Assembly (NCBI GenBank): GCA_000934665.2
Contig: KZ537966.1
Coordinates: forward strand, 186,001-243,372
DNA: 57,372 nt
Direction: 5' to 3'
DNA from: Catajapyx aquilonaris
Taxonomy: Eukaryota
Position 1 is the stretch's first letter; every line of letters starts with the position of its first letter. This document shows, one piece after another, positions 13,001 through 36,977 of the stretch. Under the pieces are notes generated by a model that made no database searches, was not told where the DNA came from, and was given only the letters and a program-made list of their open reading frames with translations. The translations under genes and the position numbers were made by a program.

Positions 13001-15796
13001 AATTCCGAATCGGGCATGTATGGCCTAATATTTCTTCCGCTGTCGGCACACTTTCTATAGGATGACACAGGCAGGGCTGCCCGTCATCACGGTGCATGAC
13101 GAACCCCAACATGGGAAAGTTCTTTTGCGAGCGGATCCCTCGAATTTTATTCCTGAGGTCAACGCGCTTTTCGGGTGCTCCAGGAATAGATAAACTGATT
13201 GTTTGTCTGGAGAATCTAGGTTGGGCCCACCGTAATGCCGTACGTAAGCGAAGGTCAAGGCCTTTTCTAGCTCGGTGAAAGTGCATATTTCGGTATTGCT
13301 TATAAATAGCTCGCGGGCGGCCGTGTATAGCCCCCCCGAATACCAACTTTATATGCACCGCCAATCCTCGTGATTCATGCCAATGAAAACGGTACCCTGC
13401 AGTTTCCCGGTTGCGGGCTTCCCATCCGCCCCCACGGCCTGATTTTACAACTAAAGGGGGGGTTGTTTTGGCAGCCTGTTGTTGTTGTGTATGTATATAG
13501 GGGTGTGGACTCGAGAGCGAGCTTTGTTCGTCCCACTGCCATCGATGGCCAGGTCATGTGTGACCTGTCCCAATTGGCACCGAGAGAAAGTGTAGCGCCC
13601 TATGGTGTGGGTGTCGGGAGCTGCAAAATCGCGATTGCAGCCCAATTAAAACACGGCTATTTTCCGGCCAGAGAAAGCCCGGCATTCAAGGCCAGTGTAC
13701 TGGTCTGGAGGTATACTGTATATGCAAAACCGTCTTAGCGGACCACCCATGTGAAAGGTCGGAAGATGCAATATACGTGTGTGTATAGGGTCCGGCTAAT
13801 AAATGGTGACGTCACGAGGGATTTCCTACGCGGCGTGACTTGTATACGTAGGAAGTCGTTTGGTTCACCTGGGCGATCACGAGGTGTATCGTCATCGCTA
13901 CCAAACATGGGTATCGCAAAAAGGTCACTCGCAGACGCCTTGAGGTGCACTATATGACAACTGCGTCATGTGTGACGCTTAACGAGCCGGAAATTTGCGA
14001 CTGTAATGGGGGGCAAAAAGTCGTGCAGTTTGGATGATTGAGTGTCCGTAGGTCAGATGTCCCCTTGAAGGGGTGTGGTATAGGCGGTTTCATTTTCGAA
14101 GCGAGAAAATGTCCGCTAAATTAAAGACACTTTTATAGCCAAATCCGGATGGTCGTTTCTTTACATGTCAGTAACTTGCCATAAGCTAGGTGGGCGTGTA
14201 GTAAGGAAAAGTACTACATATGGTAACAGTTTTTTTTTGTATGTGAAATATGGCGAATATTTTCATACCTATACATGATTTTTTTATTCATTTTAGTTTG
14301 CAATGTAGCTCCGGTATGTCTGGTGCATGTAGCGTACCTAATAGTGACTGCTTCTGTGTGATCTGCCCCCTGACACGGTGTGACGTGATAGGGACAGCGC
14401 CAAGCCCCATATTTACGACATGAACCCGTTCGCGCTTTCTGATTCTTTTTTAGCGCGTTGCAACCGTGAAGGAATTTTTATCATATGCACGGGAGATAAG
14501 GAATTTCGGAACGCTCTCGGGCAACTCCAAGGCACACTTGGCCACCCACCCGCAAGAATGGTTATCTCCCTAGAAAATCGGCATAATATCTCAAGACTCT
14601 AAGGGTAGCCCGGAGGTACACGTCTGCAATAAAAAAACGAGGTGGTGTACCGGTCGTCTACCTGAACAACACACTGGGATGTGGGACGTGATGATAGCAC
14701 CTGTGCGATTAGTATTCCGCCTGCTTTGCTGGGGGGGTTGGAAAGCGGTGGCGGCACCCAAACCCCATTTTCCGGGGGGTGAATCTGGGGTTTTGCTGGC
14801 ACCACGCACACACGTACATGTACCAGGGGGTGTGCCCCCCACCTGCTGTATTGATCAAAAGGTGGTGCAGGCTGAGGGGAACAAAGGTTGCCTGGACGAC
14901 GAGATGCTGTGCAGCGTACAAATATATGGAGAGGGGCTCTCCAATAAATTTTGGACACCTGCTGGATGGCCCACCTGCGTTTGAGGTCACAGATTTGAAT
15001 GGCCCAGTTGCTTCGTTAAGCCGCTCACGGTATTTTGCCCAAAGCGGAAGACAATGAAAATTCGTCTTCCGGGACACGATTTGGAACAATTGCAGGGGGT
15101 TTTTTTTTTGTGAGGCTCTTCCGCCACAATATTGCGTAAGGGAGTTTCGTCTTATTTAGCTTGAAACATGATGCCGCGCTCTTGAACCTGATGGCATCAT
15201 CGCCCCCATGTTCTTCTGGTGATGAAGAAGTTTGGGGGCGGGTATATATCTGGGCCGACCCCGATTGGAAGCTCCACCCTTGCTGGATAGTGAATCACCC
15301 TCAACGTGGGTTCTTACATCGGGACGGTGAAGGGGGGGGATAACACACAAAGAGTGGAAAGGACCCCCCACACAGGCCAACACACACATATCTTTCTGGC
15401 CTTGGTGAGATATTCCATGTGTGGGCTTGGGCGCGATAGGGGCTCTTATGTGATGTGCATCTGTGCACCATTGCGAAAGTGGAGGATTTATGCGTTGCCT
15501 AGTGCGTTTCGTGTCACTAGGGTAAATTGCCGCGAGACCCATCAGGATGGAAAGGGCTTTTTAACGACATTCATGGTGCCCAGTTTCCCCCCACGGCAAT
15601 TAAGCGCAAATCGGCGGCACCACGCTGCCATTCCCAGCCGCAGGTGAAAATTTTCGCACCCAAACATGTGCCAAAGGCAAAGTTGGCAACTACATCTGAA
15701 AAGAGAGATAGAGAGAGAGAGAGAGAGAAATTAATAACAGTGTTCTGTTACAGGTCCGGCAGAGATAAGCGGAGACTGGAGGCCATCTGAGAAGAG

Positions 15797-18700
15797 ATGA
15801 TGGACTACTACAAAATCCTCGAAGTTCCTCGCAACGCAGCGACGTCGGACATCAAGAAGGCGTAAGTTTGGCAATTTTGGCCCGCGTTTGTGATGTGAAG
15901 ACTGGACCCAGGCCAGGGTTTACTTGGGGTAGGGCATGTGCGAGGAGGGGACCGGAGGGGACCTACATATACAGAGGGTAGTAGATTTATATACCGGGGA
16001 CAACTGTTTTAGAATGTCTCGCCAGTTTGTTTGTTTTTTAAGATGAGGATTTTCTCGGGACTCGGTCGAGTGTGTCTCGTGAGAGTCTGCTGTGAATGCG
16101 GTACACACCTTTTTTGGTTTGCGGTTGTTGTGACGTGGTCTGGAGAATACTAGTATAGTGGACCTGATAGTCCCATATAGTGAAAGCAATCCCCAGCAGA
16201 CTGGATGGACCGAATATGACCCTGGCCTTCCGGGGGCCTACGTATGGCCATCAGCTGAAGGAAGCATAACTTTATATGTGGGAGTGCAAGCAAGGGAGGA
16301 GGACTTCATTATTTTCTTTTCCGTCCCAGGAGGATGGTTTAAACTGCACCTCCATATAAATAGGTGACGCCATATCTTCTTCTGGACTAGTGTTTGTGGC
16401 GTTGTTGGGAAGGACTGCAGTTGTGCGCTGCGGGGGGAATTGTTGCCTGTGCGAGAAATTTCCTGATGTCGAAGGGCGTGGACTGTATTATCTTGTGAGA
16501 ATGTTTTTTTGGGGGGGACGCGGCCTTCGAGAAATAATGGGGATACTGGGGAAATACATCAACAATCCTTGGCAAGCCGAGTCCCAAATAAATATATTCA
16601 AAATTTTAGGTCAGTGACATCCAGGCCTATTGATAACCGGTTGAATAGATAGCGTATTAATAGGATCGGCTGACAATGCAGTGATGGATGGCGGGTACCG
16701 TTGGGATGTCCCTTTTCCCAGCGGTGTAGTAATTATGAGCGGTGGCGCCTCTAAAGAAGCAATGCGGAAGGGAACCGCCTTTTTTTTCTTAGGCTGTAAG
16801 CATGATTAACCGATTTTTGGGGCACTAACATATGATGCCAAGACCTTGAGGGTGTCTGCTTCTGGGTTGTTTGAGGTCTCGCAGGGCTATTTGGAAAGGA
16901 ACTGGTCAATGGCCAAGGTTGGGTTTGGCAAAATACGGAGCGACATCTAGATACTCTCGTGGGGACTGTTGAATATCAGCAGGCCTTGGTGCGATTTTTT
17001 TTCCTGTCTTTTTTGCGGGCATAAAAACAGCGTTTTATCCGTACCAGATACAGATTTGATGTGGGCCAGTCCGTTAGGTTCTCCCTGGAGGCTATAAGGA
17101 ATGGTCTGCTTGTAATGGGCGAATCATTTTTACGACTCTGCGGGTGTCGGCGCCCGTTGAAATTCAGCACTCGCCATGCCTATTCTGTACACTCACCACC
17201 TAATGGAAAAAAAACATACAATAAACCGGAAATTAAGCAACATCTCTCAGACGAGTCACGCTGTGCGAAATGCAGTTTGCACGTGCTTCATGGAATCATC
17301 AGCCATTTTCCGGTATACTGTTATATACCGAAAATGACAAAAATGTCTGAACCAGGAAGGCACAGTGTCTTGTTAATTTTTCTTAATGGCTGTGTTTCTT
17401 GCACCACACCTTGCTGACCATGCGCATTTTTACGGTCTCCGGTTGATTGCCTATCGGAGTAGTTTAGCATTCGGTATGCGGTTGCATAAGAAGCTGGTTG
17501 AGGATATACCGAGGCTAAAGGCGCGACTCTTTTGGTACACCGAAACGTGATGGGACAATGGTTGTGGCCTAATCATGTTTTGCAACGCCGCGTATATTTT
17601 GGGGGACACCAGGTTCTATTTCTAGGCGGTCTATAGCCAGGGTCGTATTGATTGCATTCGGGGCCAGCTGTTTTTTACCCCCGCTTCTTGAATGATGGGT
17701 CCGGGATAATGAACCCGGTTTTTGCTAAACAGTGTCCAATAATTTTTGTGCGCCTTGGGCACAAGTTCGACAACCTGAGTGTCCGGGCGAATGACCATTT
17801 CGTCATTGGAGGAAGAAGAAGAAAAAAAGTTGGTGGTTTTCTTGGCCACTTTTACCGTGGAGAGTTCTACTCCCGGGGGGTATAGAAAACAAAGTTTGCG
17901 GGCATGAATGGAGGGCAAATGAAATTTTCTGGCCGGGACTGGCGTAACCCGATTGATGAGCTTGCCGTGCGTCAAAACAAAGTGAATCGGGGCGGTTGGG
18001 TTTAATTATTCAAATTCAGGTTTTTGGATAAGGAGGCGCACCCCTGGGGTGACCGTCGACCCTCATTTTATAATTCGGTGCGTGCAGGGAAAGTCCGGTG
18101 TACAACTTGGAAGAATAAGACCATTGTGATATCGTGAGCCTGGAAACGCATCGGACCCAGCAAGTGCCATCAATTGTGCGCATTTTCACTCCCGAGTCGT
18201 GCACAGGTAATGCTCGGCGGTGAGGACGAGAAAGTGTGTCCAATGCTGACATGATGACAAGGCGTGGAAATTGGCCACCTTGTGTGATTCTGTGGCGGAA
18301 AAAAAAGAGGCGGATGTGTGTTGCGGGGGTGGGTGCACTTTTTTTAAGGAGGAAAAAATTGCGGGGGGTAATGTCACGTAACTTGCATGGGTAAGCAGGA
18401 AGGTGGGCGAAGTATGGTTGGTCCCAAGAAGTTTGGCGTTGCAGGGCCAACCTCTATTTTTGTCCCATTGGAAGATTTTGGTCGGAGGTTGCCAGGAGAC
18501 TTCTTCAGAGAAGAGACTCGGAAGGAGAGGGACCCCCCAATGGGACTGAGGGCATTGACGCTTTTTTTTCTTTCTTTCTTTTTAAGGGGAGAGTTGTTTG
18601 CAGGGGATGGGGGAAGACCCATTTGGGAAGATAACTGTGTGCACATGGGAAGGCTATTTTGGAGGGGGACAAAGCAGAGTGTATCTGCAGTTCCAGTAAA

Positions 18701-21700
18701 TGGTGTCACGAGACAACATATGCCACTTTGGGAGGCAATGAACGCCGCCGCTGGTATACCTATAAAGTGCACACTGCAATAGGTTCCGGGAATAAGGAAG
18801 TGACATGCTTATAAGTTTCAATGTGCAGGATGGGATATTTATTAAAACCTATTTGACACCCTGTTCAGCGGGCATATCAGCTGTTCTGCTTGTTGAAGTG
18901 GATGAGATTTCCACAGGCTTGGGTTGTACTGAAAAAAATGCAACTACTGGGGCTGAGGAGTATAAATTAAAGAGTGCATAGGTCAATTTCTCCTTTTCGA
19001 CCACTGATTGCAGTCTTTACTATAAGACTGATAAGAAAGTTGTATCCAGTATCATTCACACAAACATGCACATTTGAGTGAAACCTGCCTATGACAGGTC
19101 CTGAGTTGAGTATGTTGGAAACTTGTCCAGACAATTTTCACGTGCTACTGATAGGTTTCACTGTGTAACAAAATTGTGTGCATTAATTTGTTGGTTAATG
19201 TCAATTACAGGGTAGTGGACAGTATGAGCTTCGAGCTGCTAATGCAACATGAAATAATTTGTTGAAAGTTATGGTGCTCGATGTATTATGTGAGTTGGTT
19301 GCAAAAGGCACCAGCAACGTTTGACGTTGCCTTCAGAGTGGGAAGGAATGTGTTATCGCCTTCTACCTAAAATAACTGCAGTTAGAACAATGTGCGGGAA
19401 AATGTGCCACTTGGCACTGCCTGCGGATAGTATGGTCCGGATTACCGGCAGCAAGTGGTGCCACCTCCAATATAGTAGCTGAGTGGGATGTTTTGGTTGA
19501 CGCCCCCTTTCAAGTGTCGCTTTGACAGAATGCAATATTTTTTTCCGCATGGTCTCCCCGCTTGAGTATTGCACTGAGAGCTGCAGTTACATAATTTGTC
19601 CAGTGGACAATTTGGCAAGCAGTTGATCTCTAATTAAAGACTCCTGGCAAGTGACCAGAAATTCTTGGGGCTTGTGTGGTTTTACACCGAGTTGTGTCAG
19701 GGGCTAGATTGATATCCTGCCATTTTCATTTTTCTAACACTTCCAACCTCTTGTTTGCAGATACCGGCGGCTGGCACTTAAGTGGCATCCGGACAAGAAC
19801 CCCAGCAACCTGGATGAGGCCAATAAAAAGTTCAAAGAGATCTCAGAATCATATGAAGTCCTCTCAGATGGTGAGTTGTTTCAGGATGGACACCTCTTTA
19901 ATTTCTTTTTGTACATATGTTGGATCAAATAATTTCTGGTCACATCTAGTAGTTGCTTTACTTTTTTTGTGTGGCTAAGAGGTGATGGAGTGGCTAATGT
20001 TATTGTTCTTACTCTTGTTTCTGGTCTGGGTGATGTGTTTTTTTCCAAAATACATACCTCTGGCAGGCAGGAGGAGAGACCTCTTTCACACCCACCTCGT
20101 TGAAAACGACATTAGCACGTAATTTTGCTGTCTAAAAAGTAGCGTCTTAGAGAAGTTTGGACGACATTTTAATGACCTGCCTCCACGGACCAGTAGGTAG
20201 CTTTGTTCCTCCCCAATAATATGCTAATTTAGGAAAGAGGGAGACAGAAAGAGAGAGAAAGACTGAGATAAAAAAAAGAGTGGATTTTTATTAATGCTGA
20301 GGATCTGGTTCTCTTTCTCTCCCTCAGAGTCAAAGCGTCGCCTCTATGACCAGCGGAGCAGAGCAAGGCCTCAGCGCAACTACAATTACCGCAACTTTTT
20401 CGATTCCCCGTTTAGGAACACCTTCGGTATCTCTTGCTTGATACACATATATACACAAAATTCATTATTAATTCCTTGTCATCCCCTAAGAACATCTCAA
20501 AAAAGAAATAGTACACCTGCCTGTCCTCCTGCCTCATCACTTTTGCTGCTTTTGATTGGACTTTTGGTGGCGTTACTGCATTTTTTTTTGTACCTACCCG
20601 TGAATTAATCCCTTAACTTTCAAACTAGGCTATGTCTAACTGGTGTCTTTTTTTAAAAAAATTATTTTGGAGATGGCACAGTTTTGCATGGGTACCTACA
20701 TGATGTTGGACATAACCCTGTGTTTCCCCTTGCAGGCTCATTCATACTTCCATTCATAGCTTGTGATCATCGTGTGTAATGTGTGGTCTTCAGGTGCAGA
20801 AGTCATTGCCATTAGCGTTGAGAGTAGAGTCATCAAACTTTTGCTACAAAACATTTCCACGTTGCCTTTGGATCACACATCGTCACTGTAGTCTCGAGGG
20901 CATTCTAACTTGCATGTTGAGCCATTTATAAGTCAAGTAATTTACTGGTGTTAGGAAGCCCGGAACTGCACTGGCGATGCTTCAAACTTGGCGTTTATTT
21001 CTGAATCCTTAGATCAGTAGCTTCACTAAAGATAGGTTTTTTGCAATTGGGCGTGTTAACAACATGACGAAAAGCTGGCAGCTGACCCATCTCATTAACT
21101 CACCTTTCCTTGCCCGTTTCCACAGAGAAAAAGAGGCGCATGTATGACCAGTATGGAAAGGAAGGGTTGATGAATGGAGGTGGAGGTCGCCACAGTCGCC
21201 ACCATCACCACCACCACAGCCACCACCTGGATGATGACTTCGGGTTTGGATTCTCCTTCCATGACTTTGCCTTCCGAGATCCACAGGAAGTCTTCAGGGA
21301 GTTCTTTGCTGGAGACCCATTTGCCAGCCTCTTCTCAGGTCAGTTTTTGCTTATGAAAACTAGTGTCAGTTCACCTGCCATTGCCCAGGTCCGTTGAATT
21401 GAACATTTCAAATTATGCAGGTGATAATATTTTCAACGTTAAATTAGTAGAGATTGAGCATGCTGCTATTGTGAGGCAGTCAGTACTGATTAAGTATTTG
21501 TGCTGCTATTGACAGAAGGATTGCCGTTTTTTTCCAGAAATGGATGCCTTCGGCGGTGGATCAAGATCTCGCGGGAACCGCAACTCTGGACACCAAAACA
21601 GTGTGTCCACAGCCTTTTTTGACCCATTTGGCGGGTTCAACTTTGGAGTTTCCACTTTTGACATGTTAGGCAACAGTAACAATGGGTTTGGCGGCTTCTC

Positions 21701-23405
21701 ATCATTCAGCAATCAAACGATGGGGGCCACAGGTGGTGGAGGAGGGAGCGTGAAGAGGACCTCAACCTCCACCCGCTTTGTCAATGGGAAGAAGGTTGTC
21801 ACGAAGAAGTACGTAGTCTTTCTTCATTTGTTGCTCATTCAACTGCTGATTCTTAAGAGCCATTCTCATTGCAATAATATTGTTAGTAACAGATATAATT
21901 AAGGTTTCATTAGAAATGTAACTCATGTATTTTTTAAAAAATCTAACTTGTTGTTTTTCACCAGTGTCACAAAAATAGCAAAAAATGTGATGGATATTTA
22001 GGAAATTGTTTGAAACCTCTCATTTATTTCTCTGCCTCAGTTAAAGTTTTCATGGTATAGAATCCCTTGAGGGTTATTTTGTAGCCTATTCATACACTAA
22101 TATGTAGAGCCATATCTGATACAACTGCAGGCAAAATATATTGAGAATGTGAAAAACGTCATACTACACAATGTGAGCTAGGCGAAGGTTACTTCCTGTG
22201 TATTTTATGATATTTCAGGAAAAAAAAACAGATAATGAGACCTTGTAGGCTCAATACCAAGAAGCAACCCGATAACACTATCTGTGGTCATGCAACATTT
22301 GAGGTGTGACTGCGGGGAGGCTTATTTGCAGTACCTGGCTTCTAGAGAGGCGATTTCATCAGATAAATTGGGGGATGGTTGCTGCCACTTGTTTTGCTCA
22401 ATCTTGTGATTAAATGCACTGACTTTCTTAATTTTTATATGGCCACGAGAATGTCTTGCTTGCTGTTGCTTTTTAGTAGAGTGTCTTAATGTAATTAGAG
22501 TTCCTTCTGAGGCAATCTAACATAAACATAATTTTTCTGTTGGAATACTGTGCTACTGTTCTGTCCAAGTCGAGGCTGTGTGCATTTGAACCATCTATCA
22601 GTGACCAATCTTGCTTGATTTGATATGGCATATCGGCTAAAAAAGTTTGATTGTTTGATATTGTCAAACGTCATGTTAGTATGACATTCACAAAAAGTGT
22701 CACTTATTTCATTGATTTGTACTGACCAATGCTGAAAGGCGGGGCCTAGGTATTAGAGGATCATTAGTTTGAGTAATGTAACCCCATTATTTGGCCACCT
22801 ACTTTTGCTTAGAGCAGTTCATGCATATGGAAGCTGAGTCTCAAGGTTGACGTGGTGAAATGGAAATAATAATAGTAATTTATTGAAAATTTATTGTGAC
22901 CATGATCATGCAAGAGTTGACTGGTTATACAGGCTTGTGCAAACACATGAGCATACACATGAACATCAGTTGTGTAGCAGGCACTTTCATCTAATTCGTG
23001 CAAAGTGTCCGTATCAGTTATGCAATGTACCACATGCATTTGCCCACTTCTTCCTATGTAAACACAGGTTCTGATAGAGCATAATGACTCCACAGTGTTA
23101 ATTGCCAGTGTATTCAACACATGCCCAAAAATAGGTTGTCCTTGATATGTCAAATTTATGCAAGGTTTGATGAACAGAGACATGCACTTGCAAATGAGGC
23201 CTCCCATAATTGCGTAAGGGAAGTGTTTGAGATGCAAAAGGGCTGGCGGCAATGTCATTGGAATGCTTGGCACGTTCTTAATTGATACATTTTCTTGCCT
23301 TCCAGGGTGGTTGAGAATGGAAAGGAGACTGTGACCACTTTTGAGAACGACGTGATGAAGTCAAAGACGGTGAACGGCGTACCTCAACAAATCACCTACA
23401 GTTAA
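15797..23405 (+). CDS. DNAJB6: DnaJ homolog subfamily B member 6 (mrj-like Hsp40)
   Basis: Exons 15797-15861 ([22 protein letters not shown]), 19761-19870 ([36 protein letters not shown]), optional 20328-20426, 21126-21338 ([15 protein letters not shown]...[14 protein letters not shown]), 21538-21808 (G/F and S/T-rich, [19 protein letters not shown]) and 23306-23405 ([32 protein letters not shown]). All introns are GT-AG with matching phases, and the C-terminal domain is typical of DNAJB6. Confidence 0.93.
20328..20426 (+). CDS. DNAJB6: Alternative 99-nt cassette exon of DNAJB6 (duplicate of J-domain helix IV)
   Basis: Strong acceptor ctctttctctccctcag, donor g|gtatct, phase 1-1. Encodes [33 protein letters not shown], paralogous to the start of the next exon (EKKRRMYDQ). 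Confidence 0.7.
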
Positions 23406-24602
23406 GAAGGATGATGCTGCGAACGAGTGGAAGATTTTGCAAGGAAATTGCTTTCCACAAACTTGGACAATTAAATACCCCTCTCCCCCCTCCGTAAATA
23501 TCTTAATAATTGACGTTGTTGTTTTTTTCCCCCCCCCTGAATCGGCATCATCTGCAAGTTGGACTTGGTTGACTTTGAAAGCAATTACTAGTGATACCAT
23601 TAAGTGGGAGGAAATTATCTGTCCCACTGTTCCTGACATGATCCCCCCCAACACAAATTTTCTCTACTCCTCCACTTAATTTATTTGACTTAGTGCTCAT
23701 ATGTGTCACTTATGCGCACTGCATTCAGGTAATTTTCCAACACCATCTGTAGTAGTTGCTCTCCCCAACTTACACCCTTTTTACAAGTGCATGTGAGTGT
23801 TGAGACCACTGAGCACTTGCAGTCAAATTTTCAATGTACAGGACCCAGAGCAAGAGAGCACATGTAACGTTACGACAAGCACCGAGGTGTACATATTTCT
23901 GCATGCATGTTGCGGCCTTTTTTCGAAACTAGCTTTCCCCCATTTTCTCACTCTCTATATCTGTGTGAAGATATGGCAAATGAAGAAGAAGAAAAAGATG
24001 TGATCAATGAGCCTCACCCAGTACCAATTGCTCTTGTGATAAATGAAAGCTGAGGTGGAAAAGGGCTGCCACAATGAATATTAATAGTAAATGTTTGGAA
24101 TAAGTGACGGTAGTTGCTGTTTGATTTCATTCCTTGTTCCCCTCCGTTCCTTGGCATCGATCCCAATAATTGCAAAATTGCAGGGCCCATGCAAGGAAGT
24201 ATTGATTTTACTTCCTTTAACGCTTTGGTGGTTTGTTTCTTATCCTGTAGTCAAGGAGATGTCAGTGCGCGGACTGATTGCACTGATGCGTATAAATAGT
24301 TGGCTTCATTTGATGAGTCATGAAGGGTAGAAGAAGCAGCAGGCACATGGCTGAAATTGGGTGTGCCCGCTCAATTTTTTTCTTTGTTTGTGTGACTAAG
24401 GGCAATGGCAGACTCCTTTGTGAGCAGTGCCAGACTCGGTGTCTATGACCCCCAACATCCGTTGGCTGTCCAAGGTCAAGGTGGGAGTCAGTCAAGTACT
24501 GTCCGTTGTCTTCTTGTTTTTTATTGGAGGCCCCCAAGCAGGCCTGAGATAAGGCCAGTACCTGTGGATGATAGGTGTCAATAATCAGTGACAGAAGAGA
24601 CC

Positions 24603-26281
24603 ATGATGAGAATTGTACTTTTTATTTTTGCTGTCGGTAAGTAAAGTGCTTGCAATATGTTGCGAATATAATATTTCTGTTGTAGTCCTAGAAGACTTGC
24701 AAATGTGATGAATTATTTGGCTTGCATACATAGGCATTGCAATTGATGCGGCTACAGTGCCAAATGTGATCCAGAAGAGTCCCCCTTGGTTCTTTTTCCC
24801 GGACGGCAATGGGAATCCATGCCTGGCACTTGGAGAGGCCTGGACTCCAAAATACAAACGAGACGTGGATATAGATCTCAGCAAAGTCCACTTTTATCTG
24901 TGGAGCAGGTGAGTGTGTAACAAAACTACGACATACGTCAGTGCCTCCTTTTTACATGAATCTGTTAAAAAAATAACTTGTCCAACAGAGAGAATCCAAG
25001 CAACTATGACACACTGATTTTCAATGACACACAATCAGTCACAGCGAGTCACTTCAGGACCAACAGAACGACAAAGATCTATGTCCATGGGTACGCCGAT
25101 GACGGGCTGACATCACTAGCAATACGTAACAAAGATGGTACGTTTTAATTTTCATAATCTGAACTTCTGCAACATGTTTATGGTATCTCAGATAAGATCT
25201 TACAGATCTTGAAGGACTGAGAGGACAATGAACATTGTCACCTTAGAAAGAGGTTATCAGCTGATATACTGTTGTGCCAATAAATCTGACTTGCACCACC
25301 ACTGCATTGTGAAAACTTGTTAATATTATGTAACATACAATTTATTGGTTTATAAAGTGTGAATGTGCAAATGCAATCAGCAACATCACTAATTTAGTTC
25401 AAGTAGTGCAAGGTGGTGCAGGTCATTACAAAAGTAGCAATGAGGAAAGTCTCATCTACTTGTATTCTACAGCTTACCTTGCTATTGATGACTGCAATGT
25501 GATATCAGTGGACTGGAAGGACCTGGCCGAGGCTCCTTGGTACTACTCTGCTGTGGACAATACCCTTCCTGTTGGCCAACGCACTGCTGCCATGATTGAC
25601 TTTCTAGTCTCTCTGGGTGCCAATGCGTCAAGCTTCCACCCAATAGGGTTCAGCCTCGGGGCCCATGTGGTGGGAGTTGCCGGAGCGGTCTTCAAGAGTG
25701 GAACCATCAGCCGCATCACTGGACTTGATCCAGCTAGACCTGGGTTTGATAACAAGCCCATGAGCGAGAGGCTGGACACAAGCGACGCTGACTTCCTAGA
25801 CATTGTTCACACCAATGGCGGATCACTCTGGAGTGGTTGTCTAGCCTTCCCAGGTCCCATGGGGCATGTGGATTTCTATCCAAACGGAGGGGTGCACCAG
25901 CCAGGATGCGGAAACCGGTTCTCAGATCTTAGTAAGTCATGCAGCGTAATGTTGTCTGCCTCACTTACTGATGAAACCTGTTACAGTTCACAGTTGCAGC
26001 CATTTGAAAGCACCCCTGTTTTTCTCCATGTCTGTTGCCCTTGCCCCTACCACCAAAGCGTGTCCTTGTGACAGCTGGGATGATTTTCAAGCTGGAATGT
26101 GCAACTGTGGTGACAACTACACTCTGATGGGGGAATTTTGCCCTACCAGGTTTGTGATATAATTATCTGTATTTGCCATACGTGAATGACAACAAAATAA
26201 TTGTTGCATTCCAGTGCCCGAGGAACGTATTATTTGAAAATAGATGTACCATCCCGGAGACATCTACTAATGCGAGCATAA
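24603..26281 (+). CDS. Secreted pancreatic-lipase-family (lipase/phospholipase A1-like) protein
   Basis: Exons 24603-24636 (signal peptide MMRIVLFIFAV), 24734-24908, 24989-25137 (KIYVHGY), 25473-25931 (NVISVDW, GFSLG nucleophile, GLDPA, HTNGG, GHVDFYPNGG..QPGC), 25987-26149 (CSH catalytic His) and 26215-26281 (ARGTYYL). AATAAA near 26408. The catalytic triad is intact and there is no PLAT domain. Confidence 0.9.
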
Positions 26282-26901
26282 TGTGGACAAGTTTTGATAA
26301 ATTAATGTACAGAGCAAATGGATATCCCACATAATGGACAAAGTGTGAATAGAAGTTGAACGTAAGTCACCTGTACTTGATCCCACATTCCTGTGAACTT
26401 CTGAAGGTAATAAAATAAAATGCAGTGCATTGAAGTCCATGTACTTCATTATTCCCATAACAATAAATTACAACTAGTTCGCTGATTACAGCAGGAACTT
26501 GAGACATGCAAACAAGATTGAAGCACATGTATCTTTTAACTCGCTCTGTAACCTCCTAAGTCAGCCATCTGCCACTTGGGATCTTGAAATACCCAAGTTG
26601 GGCAGATTGGCACTTGTTTCCAGTGGTGCATAACATTGAGAACTTCAATGTTTTGCAACTGGAGCACACAGAAATATGGTAGATATTTTGTGAAACGACA
26701 TAAAATGACACGGTACTCCCTACCCCCTCATTCAATATGTATACCCTGACAGCAACAATTTGCCATTCCAAACAGTTAACAGTCAGCATGCTTATGAAGC
26801 ACATGACATCAAAAAAAAAAGGTCCTCCCCATTGCAAATGGTAGGACCTCACAATTTTTTAAATCATTTTGTTACATGATTTTCCTATTACTCGGTGTAA
26901 A

Positions 26902-36977
<10,076 letters not shown>

